DNA from: a virus
Virus record (IMG/VR): IMGVR_UViG_3300018481_000001
Coordinates: 1 to 64,000 of that record
Strand: one strand, 5' to 3'
Length of the DNA stretch: 64,000 nucleotides
A program made the position numbers and the translations under genes. This document shows, piece after piece, positions 48,672 to 61,683 of this stretch. Below the pieces are notes generated by a model. That model made no database searches. It saw only the letters and a list, made by a program, of their open reading frames with translations, and was not told the DNA's origin. Positions within the stretch are counted from its first letter, which is position 1. The number at the start of each line of letters is the position of its first letter.

Positions 48672-48902
48672 CTATTTTTCTTGGCATGCAATACTCGCAT
48701 TGGCCCAGTGAATCGCTGAGCGAACATGGTCAATCGCAACGTCACGATCATGGCTTTCCGGGCAGAGTGCTGCAATCACACGCCCCAAAGCACCGCCGGC
48801 TGCCCGGAGCTGTTCATAACGTTCAGCCTGATCCCCTTCGGGTTTGTGGTAGCTAAACCAATTGTTGATTTGCTGGATTTCTTCGGCGAGTTTATTTGCC
48901 AC
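48672..48902 (-). CDS. Acb2/Tad1-like helical-hairpin protein (putative cyclic-nucleotide sponge)
   Basis: FSYH.P...Q..RY..LR......I...CP.S.....A......A..WANASIA. Confidence 0.65.
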   Translation of the reverse strand: MANKLAEEIQQINNWFSYHKPEGDQAERYEQLRAAGGALGRVIAALCPESHDRDVAIDHVRSAIHWANASIACQEK

Positions 48903-49657
48903 TAGGCACCAGTTTTTCCAGAGTTTTTTCTTCTATTTCTTCTAAGTCGATAATAGCCGCGCGTGCCTTATCCCAATCAGCACAGTTCATGAACGCGCAT
49001 GAGAAGAAAATAGGGTAGCCATTAATGGCCCTGGGTCCCGCGTCTTTGTAGTACGCGTAGATCGTACCTACGTCATTAAAATCAATATGGGATGCACCGC
49101 CCAAGCCTAGCGGCATAAAAATACTACCAACTAAGGTCTTGGCGCCTTCCTTGATATGCTGGAAAATAAATACTTGATTGGCTCTGTAGTCTGCGACGAA
49201 CTTGCGCAGGTCATCCGTAGATAAATCAGGTACTTTTTGTTTGGGGGTTTCTTCGTCAGGTTTATCTTCAGAATTGTCTTCAGACACCTTCCACCTTAAA
49301 TTCGCAATCTGCTATTTTTAATTGGTGCACCAGCACAATGGCCGCACGGGCAGAGTTCAGCGCGATTTGCGGCCCAGGGGCTTCGATAGTGTCTTCGAGT
49401 ATGAGGGGTATTTCACCCCTTTTCGTCACTGTCACTTTGTATTTCGGCATAACGTTTTTTCAGCTCCTCCCAAGCTTCTTTTAATTCCAGGACTTGAATA
49501 AGCCCAGGATTGTATACCGTGAGATTGGCGAAAAGTTCTTCGACATCTACGAGGAGTTTTTGTTCGCAACGCATGCGATATTGGCTCACGGTAGCGGCGC
49601 GATTATCGTCCTGGCCGTCGAGCACAAAGGCTACGTCACAATCTTCATCGGTAATCA

Positions 49658-49996
49658 TTACTCCGCCTTGGGTAATGTATCCTCAAAACATGTGTGTTGT
49701 TTCCCAACGAGCTTATAGTCCGCGCTCACCCTGCCCTTCATGACGGCATAACGCAGCGGTAGATTATTTCCATCGTTGAGCTGATTATCGAGCCAGCCTA
49801 CGCACGGGATGTCATTGCCCGTGGTCGACTCATGGCATGCCATAATACGCAGGCCTGTCAAAGAGGTCATCTTGCCAGGCTCGGCGATAGTGTCTGCTAA
49901 GCCGGCATGCTTGATTTCGCAATATCCATTGGGGATGTCGTGCGGATTGGTGCTCTTTTTCCACGGGCATTTTTTACATTGTTTACGTGTCGGCAT
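49658..49996 (-). CDS. DUF6283-like Cys/His protein
   Basis: C..CPW...MACH.S.....CVGWL. Confidence 0.6.
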   Translation of the reverse strand: MPTRKQCKKCPWKKSTNPHDIPNGYCEIKHAGLADTIAEPGKMTSLTGLRIMACHESTTGNDIPCVGWLDNQLNDGNNLPLRYAVMKGRVSADYKLVGKQHTCFEDTLPKAE

Positions 49997-50235
49997 AACT
50001 CCCTCCAATTAAGAATTTATTAAATATATCCGTAGACGAAAGCGATACGCGCTCTCGCCAGGTGGCTAACATTCTATCAGCCATTTGTTGGTCTATATAT
50101 TTAAGACCTATCCATGTATTTATAACTTTCACACGGTGCTGGTCTATTAATTCTAAATCTTCGTCCGTAAACTCAGAAGGAATTTCATAGTTTTTGGCTG
50201 CGCAAATACGCAGCTCTACAGAGTAGTCATCAGGG

Positions 50236-50781
50236 TTACGGTTCGCCATAAAGATCTTTAACCGTAAAATGAATGCCCAAAACATTAATGCTGTCTGAGG
50301 GCACGCACTCCCATTCGCCTTTGGAGTTTTTACTCCAGTGATCGACATTTTGTTTGTCGACACTGACCAACAAATAATCGGTTAGTGTTGGGATAGATTT
50401 GTAGTGCTCGAATTTTTCTCCACGATCGTATGCGGCTGTCGTGGGACTGAGCACTTCAACTAACAGCGCGGGATTTACGGCCGTATTTTTACTATGTACG
50501 TGGCTAACCGGTTCGCCACAAATTACACTGACATCTGGATATGCCCCTAAACCTGAGGGTGCCCAAATCCGTAAGTCCGCCGAATAAACGCGACATTTAC
50601 TGCCACGTAATTTGTTCCCCAGTAGTATGGTTGCATTGGCAGTCAGTGCAGCATGCTGGATCGTACCTCCAGTCATGGCATAAATCAGGCCATTGACCCA
50701 TTCGAGCTTGCAGTTAAGCTGCTCGTGGTCCATGGCCGCATATTCTTCAAAACTAACTAAATAGGGGGCTGCTTGCGTCAT
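50236..50781 (-). CDS. Uma2-family (DUF820) endonuclease, second subtype
   Basis: EWVNG.IYAM.GGT..H; YPDVSVIC; NP.LLVEVLSP.T..YDRGEKF..Y..IP.L..Y.LV. Confidence 0.9.
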   Translation of the reverse strand: MTQAAPYLVSFEEYAAMDHEQLNCKLEWVNGLIYAMTGGTIQHAALTANATILLGNKLRGSKCRVYSADLRIWAPSGLGAYPDVSVICGEPVSHVHSKNTAVNPALLVEVLSPTTAAYDRGEKFEHYKSIPTLTDYLLVSVDKQNVDHWSKNSKGEWECVPSDSINVLGIHFTVKDLYGEP

Positions 50782-50973
50782 AAAACCTTTTACCTCATTC
50801 GTAACCTTTTATTTTCGCAGTTTTCTGACAACGAAAACAACTAGCCTTACCGCCTTTGATGTCGATAGGCCAGAGCTCCGGGCGCTGTCCGCAAAAGGTA
50901 CGTATGTACGCGGCTGTTGGGTCTACGTAATGGCGCAGCCCCCGAGGGTTGGGTGCAAGTACAACAATCAGGC

Positions 50974-51810
50974 TCATTTGATAAGTTTCACCGCTTCTTC
51001 CAAACTCACCGTAAATCCAGCTGCATTCTTGTGCCCACCACCGCCATATTTCTTCGCAATGGCCGACACGTCAAAGTCTCCGACGCTACGGAGACTAAAC
51101 TCTACCTTGGTATCGGGCCGCTGAAACCAGCCCAACGCGAAGGTGTGTTTCTTCGCCAAGATATTTAAGATTTCCGAAATCCCTGGCTTGGCTGCGTTGA
51201 CTACAGGGATGTTTTCGTAGCCATCAAAATAAATCACACGGTGTTGTTCAGCGACATCTTGTGCATACGTCTCGAGATACTTGAGTGCACCCATGCCCAA
51301 GATATTTGCCTGGTCTACGTCGACAGACTCCGACGCCGCTTCGTAAGCTTCAAAGGTCATGGGCACGCTTTGAATATACGCATTCACGTTTTTACTATTG
51401 GGGAGTTTAAATCTCCAGAGGTCTCGGTCTTCGACATAGTTTACCCACCAATTGGTAGGCTCTTTAAAATGCCGTGCCGTGAGCCCTGCGCCCGACGCTT
51501 CCATGTCAAAAGCGATGAGCACGTTGGTACGGTTCTGCAAAGTGATGCGCACCTGCGCCATCGCCTCCTCTGCCGTCTTGTGATGGTCTAGCACCACCAA
51601 GCCTGCGGCTTTGTCGGCAATCTCGATGGTCTGCTCCACCGGATAGCTGAAATCCAAAATATAAACATCTTTGCCTGCAACGTCCGGGAGGTTCGAGCCG
51701 TACTTGGCGGCATGAAACTCCGTGTCCGGGGGCAAGTGTTTTTTGGCAATGAAGGCTGAGGTCAAACCGTCAATGCATTTATCGTGGTAAATTACGAGAG
51801 CTTTTGCCAT
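50974..51810 (-). CDS. DHH/DHHA1 phosphoesterase (NrnB-like)
   Basis: YH..C.DG, ILDFS, LDHH.T, DRDLW, GGGGH..AAGF. Confidence 0.92.
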   Translation of the reverse strand: MAKALVIYHDKCIDGLTSAFIAKKHLPPDTEFHAAKYGSNLPDVAGKDVYILDFSYPVEQTIEIADKAAGLVVLDHHKTAEEAMAQVRITLQNRTNVLIAFDMEASGAGLTARHFKEPTNWWVNYVEDRDLWRFKLPNSKNVNAYIQSVPMTFEAYEAASESVDVDQANILGMGALKYLETYAQDVAEQHRVIYFDGYENIPVVNAAKPGISEILNILAKKHTFALGWFQRPDTKVEFSLRSVGDFDVSAIAKKYGGGGHKNAAGFTVSLEEAVKLIK

Positions 51811-53675
51811 GCAGCATATTTGCTTCAGTGATTTTCTCTGTCAACTGTTTAGCAATTACATCCCAATGTTTTCGGTCAGCTTCCACGACAGCTCGCGCAG
51901 TCGCTGTAGCAGGCGTACCAACCTCCCACGCTGCAATGCCTAGCGCTCGCAACATCGCTTTGGCTTGTTCATCGGTAAGCTCAAGTTTCATTTTTTCGTA
52001 GCTTCACGTAGAACACCACTGAACCGATCACTCAACTTTTTCCATGCTTCTTTTTCTTTTTGATAAAGCACAGGCACTTCTGCAAATCCATGCAGCGCAC
52101 GGTGTGCATTTTTTTCGGCTACAAAAATATCATTAGAAGAAACAGCTAGGCTCTGCAGCACCGCCTGCATTTCACCATCCGTAAACACCATTGTATAAAC
52201 AGCCATTTTATGTATCCTATACTTTCTGCGCTTCTTTTACACAGCGAAAATACATCTCGCTGACTTGCGCGTCGGACATGGTGTTGAGCAGGTCCAGTGA
52301 CATTTCACGTGCACGCTCCGAACTCATTTCTCCATATTTAATACAGAGATACATTTCATCTCGCATTTGCTTAAAGCTTTTCGGGCGTGTACGTATTTCA
52401 CTCATGGCTACTCCGGCGCATCAACAACATGCTCCGTAACAATTAGCTCTATTTCTTCCTTTTCCTCCATTTTATTTAACATGTATATGTCTGCTTTATC
52501 CGCAGAACTAAAGACACCTCGGAAATCATGGCACGTATACGTGCAGCCATCCGAGATAATTTCTTCAACTACCCAAACTTTCATAGGGGTTTCACCACCG
52601 GCTGCCATTGCACCAAGGGCCGCTTCTTTGTGAACTCAGACAATTTCACAAATCCCTCTACGCCCATTACCCACAATAGCTGCTCTTCATCTTCGGTGTA
52701 GCGCGTTAGCTCGCACAGCTGTGGTTCCTCTTCCTCTTGCCGATACCAGTAATTTCCAAACACCGTAGGTACTTCTGTTGTCCAAAGGCTTTTTGGTTTA
52801 TCGCCGAGCAATTCCCCAATTAAACTTTGCACCGTCGCGAAATCATCCGGGTTCGTACTCTCACGTAGCTTCAACGTAATACGGGCCCGCAGGTGTTGCA
52901 GGCCCGAGATTAAAAGCAACTTTTCACCGTCGGTATACGCACGCCCTGTTTTATTTACCGGCTGAAAAGGTGTTCGCGGCGGGTCTGCTTCAACGTACCC
53001 GCGACCCCAGCACATCGAGCACGTGTCAAAACGATTACGGCACTCTGGGCATACAATCTTTGGCATTATAACTCCTTAAGTAAATCATCGACCCACCCGC
53101 TATGTTCTTGCCGAGGCCAAAATGACACCCGCTTATATAGACGTTCGTTGGGGTCGTGCGGGCCGCTGTGACTAATCATGCCGGTGCTATAATCCCAAAC
53201 CGCACCGCACTGCGCGCAAACACGTAGCGTGGGTAATTGGTTACTTACCCAAACAATGTTTATCGCTGATTTAATTTTCACGGCGCCGGCTCTCCGCAGC
53301 TCGAACACAAGTATTTTTGTTTGTCTACATCCTCACCTTGCCACGTACGCAAGGCATTGCACTTGGGACACACGTGCTGCGCTTGGTCATACTTTTGAGC
53401 CGCTGCCAAGCGGTCCAAAAACATTGAAATGTTTTCTTTGTCATTTACGTTAAACGGTTCGTAGCCGCGCATGGCACGTAGAACATCGAGTACTGTTTCA
53501 GGCTTGTTAGTCATATGCCTTCGGGCTCCTTGGCACCTCCGTCCAGCCATGCTCGATGCCTCGCGCCGCCAGAGACTCTCGCAGACGCACCATCTCAGCT
53601 TCTTCTTCTTTAGTACGCATCGCATATCCGCTTAAAAAAGCGTACCTGCGTAATTCAGTATCAAATAAATCGGGA

Positions 53676-54302
53676 TCATACAGCGTCGTCATCGTCATCC
53701 CCGTTAATCAATACATCGACAATTTCAATGCTGTCCGGCTCAATGTCTGTGTAATCCTTGTTCTCGGCGAACAGCTGCGCTTCGTCTTCGTTCTCCGCTT
53801 CAATTTCCACGTTGTACGTATGCTGCTCATAAACAATGAGTTTGTATTTTTGCTTAGGCGGCGTCGTCATGAGGTTTTTAGTTTTCCGCAAAAACACTTG
53901 TTCTTCTAATACGATTACCCAGTCCCTGGGCACACTATGCTCTTTTTTATCGCGATTGCGGTACCGCAGAATTGGATTGTCATGAGGATAGTGCGGCAAC
54001 ACTTCACCCAATAAATCTAGCTTATATTCTTCTTTGGGATCTTTCCAGGCGAGGTACTCTTCAATTTCGCAGAAGTCATCGCCACTCAGCGTAGGTGCGT
54101 GCACACTGCTCAGGCCCCAATGCAAATACGGCAATGGGATATCTTCGAGCTTCTCTCCAAGATATCTTCCAAACTTCATACGAAATTCTTGTTTGGGTTT
54201 TACCCAATCCCATTTACGATTGCACTTGCGGCAGAACCAATAAGACCCTCGACGCTGATGCGTGCGCTCACCGCAGTCGTAACAGTTGTTATTATTTTCC
54301 AT
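53676..54302 (-). CDS. Zn-finger plus DUF3820-like domain protein
   Basis: CYDC..CRKC; MKFGRY.G..L.DIP..YL.W. Confidence 0.6.
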   Translation of the reverse strand: MENNNNCYDCGERTHQRRGSYWFCRKCNRKWDWVKPKQEFRMKFGRYLGEKLEDIPLPYLHWGLSSVHAPTLSGDDFCEIEEYLAWKDPKEEYKLDLLGEVLPHYPHDNPILRYRNRDKKEHSVPRDWVIVLEEQVFLRKTKNLMTTPPKQKYKLIVYEQHTYNVEIEAENEDEAQLFAENKDYTDIEPDSIEIVDVLINGDDDDDAV

Positions 54303-54957
54303 TTAGACGCGCCAGTCTTCGCCATGCACAATGGCAATAGCGTCTTCTTCCAGCGTAATCACCAAACATTTATCTTTTTTGGCTGTCTTTTTCAAGTCAG
54401 CCATGTACTGTATTTTGCGATGTGAATCTGGCATATGCTCAGACAATTGTCTTACTACCGACTCAATTGCTTTGGGTTTCGAGTCAGCAATAACTAGAAC
54501 AACGCCCGCGTCTTCTAAAAGACTATTCCATACGAATAATTTCTTCATAAATACTACTTTCCATCTTTTGCAAATCCATTGATTCGATCAATACTCATCA
54601 ACATAACCGCATGGATTTCCTGTAGCCGTTGAATCTTCCAGAGCATGTCGTTGGGTACATCGTACGGCTGCTTTTGGGCGATGGTCGCAATGCGGTGCAA
54701 TAACTCACGCAGCTCATCATCGAATGTAATTGCCATGATTACTTTATTTTTCATTACGAATAATATCTAGCCGCTCATTGAACGCATCCCGTTCATCGCT
54801 TTCACGCAACAAATCAGCGGCTGGTTCACGGGGCTTGGGCTTCACTCTTTTTAGAGCATTTTCTCTAAAGAGCACAATGGCCTCAATTACGTGGTCCATC
54901 TCTTCATCGGTGGGACTTGCACCCAAGTAAGCACAGATATTGTGGGCTAACTCAAAA

Positions 54958-55224
54958 TCAGCGTTGGTTGGCATTTAATAATCTCACTTTATAATTCAAA
55001 CGCACTCCGTCGATTTTATCTTGCAAGGACAATTGCACGAGCTCTCGCACGTCAAGATCTAGCGCCATGGCAAGCTTCATCGCCGGTTCTATTCCTATTA
55101 ACTTTTTTCCTGTTTCGATATCCGACAAGTAGGATGCGGAATAACCTGCCCGTTTGGCAGCTTCACGCAGCGATAATTTTTTAATTGTCCGGTGCGTTTG
55201 CACCATTTTACCGACGAGACTCAT
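54958..55224 (-). CDS. XRE-family HTH regulator
   Basis: LSLREAAKRAGYSASYLSDIETGK. Confidence 0.88.
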   Translation of the reverse strand: MSLVGKMVQTHRTIKKLSLREAAKRAGYSASYLSDIETGKKLIGIEPAMKLAMALDLDVRELVQLSLQDKIDGVRLNYKVRLLNANQR

Positions 55225-57980
55225 TCACTAGCTCCTGCCGGCGGTCTACGTACATACGCATGAGATTTACGGCTCTGCGTGCCACAATCCGCAAAAATAT
55301 ATCCATGATCGTGCATGCTACAAAGCAACTAACGTACGCAATGATGGTGGGCCATATGCTTTTACCACCAAACGCATCGTAACTTCCGATGCCGATAGTT
55401 ACCCAAAATAAAAAATAGGAGCCCCGGTCAACGGCCAGGGCCCAGCTCTGAAGCGTGCCTATCAGCTCGCCTAGCCAGCGGGCACGACGTTCGAGCTCGA
55501 GGACGTCTAGGTCTTCCAGGGCCATGGCGTTTTCAATCGAATAAAGGTAAACTCAATCGAAAGTTTTTTCGTCGGTGACATTATTACATGAATATCGTTA
55601 TAAACCGGCGAAGATTTGCCTGCACAATATTCTTCACGGTCTACACGTAAAAGCTTCCAAGGATAACTACTCAGGGGTTGAAAAATATGCAATGAGAAAT
55701 AACGTTTCATGCTTAACCTTCTCCGAGTTCGGCCTGTGCTCTTTTTACTTCGGTTAGTAATTTTTCAGCACTCTCGCCATCATCAATATCAACCAACCGA
55801 ATCGTTGCCAGGGCTATATGAAATAAAGCATCTGGCAACGAATTGTTGGTGACCGCAGTAATGGCTTGCGCCAAGTGTTTAATAACTCGGACTTTGCCTT
55901 GTTCTTTTTTGTGGTACGCGCTCATTCATCATCAAGCGGCGGCAATGCATCCGTTGGTTCTTGTCGATAAATGTCTTCCAACTTGTCTGTCTGCGCTCGG
56001 ATAGTACGCAGATGTTCTTTAATGAGTCTTTCATTGACCCCACGGTTATAACGAACAGTCTGTCGCTCTTCAATTAAATCAGCCAAAAGCCGTAGGATTT
56101 CACGAATATCCTCGTGACTGAGTTGCGACACATCAACGAGTTTTAGTAATTGACTTCGGCCTGTCGTAAGCGCAGCACTAATACCAAGATTCAATGAATA
56201 AGGTTTTTTATCAGGCATATTAATTACTCTGTAGTTTGTTAGCTTCGAAATCAGCCACCGCTGCTTTGAGCGATGGATATTCAGGGGACAGTTTTTTGGC
56301 GCAAGGCAAACAGAACATCAAGATTTTGCCTTGAGAATTGGTCAAGCCTAAGTCCGGGAACTTGCCGCACTGGGAACACTTGGCTTGTTTTTCTTTAATC
56401 GTGTGGACCACTCGGCGTTTTTTCATCGCTATGTTCTAGCTCCCACAGCTGCCCCGACGCACGGCTAAACAAATTGCGCTCGGCCTCAGAACGCATGCTC
56501 AAGCTGCGTACTACCACACCCAAACGCACTACATGCGCTTCATACTCCTCAGGAACCCAGTTCGCATGCCCCATGGGAAATCTATTAATGGGGATAATTA
56601 AATTTACGAACTCACGATGCATCGCCCGTGCTTGGCGATAGCCCGAGGCCTGTGAACATTTAATCCAATCAGGTTTCTTTACCTGCCTTGCTAACGATTT
56701 AATTTTACGTATTATTTTGGCTTTTAATTTCGTGGGCATACATTAACCCCACGGGATTTCTTGGTCGGGGTCATTTTCACTCACAAGGGTTTGCAACGTT
56801 GCCTCTACTGTCATCCACATCCATGTTTCACATTCATCTTTGGTTGCGAGACCCGTTTTGCCCACGTGACTGTTAATGGCTCGACGGTCTATCTCATCAA
56901 ATTCAAATACTACTTTAGCTTTTAGTTTCCTGGGCATGCTCCACTCCTAACGTGGGATATACAAATATCAAACGCTCAGCGGGCGTTGCTTCACGCACCG
57001 CTGCACGAACGCGCTTGGCACGCATCCACCAAATAGGCATGTGGTACCAACGCAATAACGGCATTACCAATACGCTGCCCAGAGGAACGTCTTTGTCTTT
57101 TTCACTGTCAAATTTTATTTTGATCGCGTGAAAAATCGGAACATCAAGCCCTAGTGCGCGCCCCGCCGCATTCACGATGCTTTTTTTAATTTGCTCATCG
57201 AGCTCAAAAGCACCGCTGCGCTTTCGATAGCTCTCTGCGCAGTACAAACAAAATATTGGATTATCGGCCGTGAAGCCAATGGTAGCGGGTTGTCCGCATT
57301 CGCCACAGGTGCGGGTAATAATCGGCATATTTTCCTTTAGGGCATATCGTGTCGGCAGACTGCACAACGTGGATCTAACGTATCGAGCGGTCGCCCACAA
57401 CCACAGCGCCGGTCGGTTTTAGCGTCAAGGGCCAACTCGCGCTTCTGCCAAGCTGCAATGTTTTCGGTCAGTGTGGGCTTTGTCGGTTGGCCTAATCTGT
57501 CTTGAATTTTATCTTTAAGCGCTTTTATTTTTACGGACTCATGTTCAGCGCTCCCACGTTCGCCGTGGTATTCTTCAACGTCTATACGTTGAATATCTTT
57601 CCGTGACTCGACCCAAAGCCATGTCATGGCGATATTCAAATACGTGAGCTCTTCATCGGTAAAATCGAATTGGTGGCCCATTGTTTTCACCCGTTGGTTT
57701 GCATCAAGTCATACCGCAGCTCATCCAAAGCATCGATAAAAGACCGATGCATTTCGGGCTGTGCTTGCCGCCAGACACTCATCATAAATTCGTCGGTTGG
57801 GATAATGCGCACTTTATTAAAAATGCGCGTTACCATCTCATCGGCAAACGCTAGACCCAAAGCTTCAATACCAATGCCCAAAGGGTCCTCCTTGGGCATA
57901 GAATCCAAATGCGCTTTTACGACGCGACTAAGGTCTTTACGCAATAAACGAATGCGCTCTTTCTTTTCAGCTTCATCCAT

Positions 57981-58241
57981 TTAATCAAACCTCACCGTAC
58001 AATTTTTAACCCACCCACAGCACACTGCGCCCGTGATTTTTTTACCTTCGCGTGTGTATGCCGTGAATTTCGAATTAAATGTATCGTCTTCACTGCAAGC
58101 GAAAAACGGGTATAGGCCCAGCTTAGGATGTCGAAGGCCTACTGCTTCGAGCGCACGCAGGGCTTGGTCTTCAGGAGCTGCACAGCCTGCCAAAAACAAG
58201 CATACCAAGCCCGCCTTAGATAGAGAAAGGCCGTGTGTCAT
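57981..58241 (-). CDS. Small phage lipoprotein
   Basis: LAGC lipobox; F.CS.DD....F.A....G....G.VC.G..K.CT.RF. Confidence 0.65.
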   Translation of the reverse strand: MTHGLSLSKAGLVCLFLAGCAAPEDQALRALEAVGLRHPKLGLYPFFACSEDDTFNSKFTAYTREGKKITGAVCCGWVKNCTVRFD

Positions 58242-61200
58242 GCACCCCCTCCTTGAGCTTGCCCTTGGGTGTCTTGCACGGTTCTTTCGAAGGGGCGTTG
58301 CACGTAGGACAAGGACCGAAACAATTATAGGCACCCTGTGCCTGTTTTACTTTAATGTCTTTTACAGACATTATTTGGCTTTCTTACCCACCATAAACCA
58401 AATCCTGTATCCTTGTTTTTTAATATCGGCACGGGTCTTCACAAGGTCTTCTCGTTTGCAAGTAATTACAATGCGCGCTTCTGTACCGGGCTCAATCTGC
58501 TGCGAAGCTGTGATTTCAAACTCCTCACACTCTGGAGGAAAATCATCAGCGGTCGGTTCACGGCTTGTCATTTTTTAATTCCTATTCGAAAATACAGCGT
58601 CCGTGCGCTGCACAGCCTTATCGCGGATTTTTCGAATGTTTTCACGCACCTTTTTATACGAGATACCCCGCCAGGTGCGCTTTTCAGGGTTGTACGTCTT
58701 GTGCTTCGCCATTGCAATTTACTCCTTCGTAGTACTCTAGAAGAAAATCATCAGCGGTCGGTTCTCTTGAGGGCATTTTTTAATTCCAATCGCTTACGTG
58801 CACGTTCAGCATTGATATGCTCACGTGACTGTTGAAACTCAACAGCTGGCGTACTTTCGCTGTATTTAGATTTAACCCACCAATTTCCTCTTGGTGTTGC
58901 TTCGCGTAATAAAATTATTGTGTACGGGGGATCAAAGACTTCCATCCCCGGTTTTAGGTCTGTTCGTCTTTTGGTCATCCGTAGCTTTCAACACTTCTTC
59001 CGTATCTTTCTTAATTGCCTCCAAAGCTTTAATACCTACTTTTAAAGCTTCGATGGCGCGATGAGCATCACCCTGCATAAACAGCGCCCGCTCCCGATCA
59101 TTAAATTGCCGGCTTGGAATGGCATCTGCTTCGAGCGTATCAATTTCTTGAGACGCATTTTTAAGGTGCCCTCGAACAGCTTCAATACCTGCGCTTAGTA
59201 ATGCTTTTTTCATATGTTTAACTATTCTTTCCATCGTAATGCCACCATGATGGTGTCTGTCATTTCATCATGAAATTTATGTTCACGTGCGCGCACGGTC
59301 TCCAACACATTTTCTAATTCTTTAATGCGTGTATTGAGTTTATGCTGCACTAAATAATTGTCTTCAATGGTTCGTCGGGCAGCGTCCCGTTCGCGCAATG
59401 CCAAATCAAGTTGTTTGCGCAACGCTGCGTTGAGCTCTTCTTCCATGGCTAATACCCCGCTGCCTCAAGAGCCTTGCGCAACAATGTCCACACAGGCTCT
59501 GTCATCCGTGCATGGCCTTTTACCTCACCTGGGCGAGATGATTTGTTACCTTCGGTGATGAACTCAGCGAAATAATCACCTATCTCAGGATTCTCATTTT
59601 TTGTAGTATTCACAATGACAGCTTTGGCTAGCTGTTTGGCTTGGTGCTCTTGGCCCCAGGGCCATAGCTCTATTTTAATTACCAGCATGGTCTTGCTCCA
59701 GACGCCGCAACAGCATCAATGTGCGTGCGTGAATTTCTTCTTTTACTTGTGACGTAATGGGCGCATATAAATAATCACCCAACATATCAACCATAAATCT
59801 AGCGAAGCGTTCTTCATTTGCAGGCCATTTGTAGATTCGATTGCTGTGGTCGTCACCAATCAAAACTACGAACTGGTCGTCAGAGATGCGCTGCACATTA
59901 ATTGAATATTTTTTATCTTGCATCACGCACCCCGCCGTTTGGCCAAATCAATCAGCGTACGCAGCATGATGCTTTTGCCTGCTAATCGTTTGGTCCAGCG
60001 TAGGCAACGCAGACAATTAATATTGCCGTGATAGACCGCGCCACAGTCTTCACACGCCATTACGGCGCAGCGCTTCAAGTTCATTGTCGAGCCTTTCTGC
60101 GGTACGACGTTGATACTCAAGCACAGTCATGAACGCCACGAGGATCACCGCAGCACTTAGGCTTATCCAGGCGCGATAGCCGGTGTTAACTAGAAAGGCC
60201 AACAGGTTCCACCAAAAGACAACCGGCCCGAGAGTCTTGACAACTCTAGAGCCGTGGTGGGCCGCCAGGGCGCCTAGGACGGCTAGGAAGGTCATCCCTT
60301 GTTCCGTAGCCGCCTGGACAACGCCTCAAAGTAATCTGCCGTCTTGGCAATCGCGATTGCCTGGGCTTCTTCCAAAGTGGCTTCACGCTGCACACCCGCA
60401 AACACAGGCGTGTGCCCACCATTGCTGAGGGCATACCGAAAGCCACTCATGGGCGCTCGATATACTTCAATGTGTAAATTGAGGTCTGGAAGAGCTGCGT
60501 TCCAAAATTCAGGTTGATTTTCTTCTACTGGAAAATAATCCCATTTTAATTTAGACATTAGAGTTCATCCAACTTGGCAGCTTTGGCCATCAACATTTTA
60601 TATGCGGGCGCTGCACACTCAAACAACTCGTACAGCTCATTATACTCATGCAAATACAGCGGCTCTCCACGCGTGCCGTCGTTATAAAGCACTTGCACAT
60701 ACGAAACTTTGAATTTTTCCCCACGTGCATCAAACAACACGAGCGCATCGGGACGCCGTTCCATTATGGGCCCCTTAATTCTTTTTCTACGTCAGCTCCA
60801 AACGCCTCCATAGAAAACATCCAAAGCTTGCTCAGTGCATGCCGCATTTCTGAACGCGCCGGATGGTCATTGGGCAATGCATGAATCAATGCATCGAGCT
60901 CTTTATATTTGAGCTTGGCTGCACGGGCTGAGAGAATTCTATCAACGAGATTCATAGTGCCTCTGCCACCATCAGCGCCGTCCCATACAGCGTGCATTCA
61001 TATTCGATTTTGCCGTCTTTATGCACAGCAAACGAATCACCATTTTTATGGATACTTGCGCCGTTGAGTAGTTTGACGACCCGGCCGTCGGGTTGTCCTA
61101 CGAGGGCCTTCGTGACAGATTTACTTTTGGTCATTTTAATTTCTCCAAGGCAACATCGAGAGACTTAGCCGCTTTGTCGTCCCAATTGCCCGCAGGCAAA

Positions 61201-61371
61201 TTGATGCCTAACTGATTAAATTTAATCTCTTTTAGATTTCCTGGAAGCTGGTTTGCGTACGGATATTTATTTCCGTATTGCTCTTCGTAAGCGACCAAAA
61301 AGCGCTCATGTGCATCGACCATGGAAGTCGCCAGAACAAGTCCTTGGACGTGTCCGAAGCCATCGTATATT

Positions 61372-61683
61372 TCAAATAGTTTCATTACGGAACGCCTTGC
61401 GCAAATACGTCAAAATCTCATCTTGATTTTTAGAAATAATCTCAATCTTTTGATTTTGCCCTTCAAGCTTTTCAATTATCAATTTTGTATTACCCTCAAT
61501 CTTTTCACTCAATTGATCTAGCCGCACTTCGACCTTGGATGTTCGTTCACCAATATCCTTAACCTGCAAGAACAGTGCACCAATAACGCCTACGACCAGC
61601 ACAACTACCCAGCCGTAAGTGCCAAAGAGATCTCGAAAAAAACTCCTTACGGGTGTTTCAACAAAATGCTCAGCCATCATCAC
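61372..61683 (-). CDS. Single-TM plus coiled-coil protein
   Basis: TM helix followed by heptads. Confidence 0.6.
   Translation of the reverse strand: MMMAEHFVETPVRSFFRDLFGTYGWVVVLVVGVIGALFLQVKDIGERTSKVEVRLDQLSEKIEGNTKLIIEKLEGQNQKIEIISKNQDEILTYLRKAFRNETI

Noticed and set aside
49512-49520. CGGTATAC match to the GGTATA promoter class
   Set aside because: It lies mid-CDS with no nearby downstream start codon and SD; probably chance.
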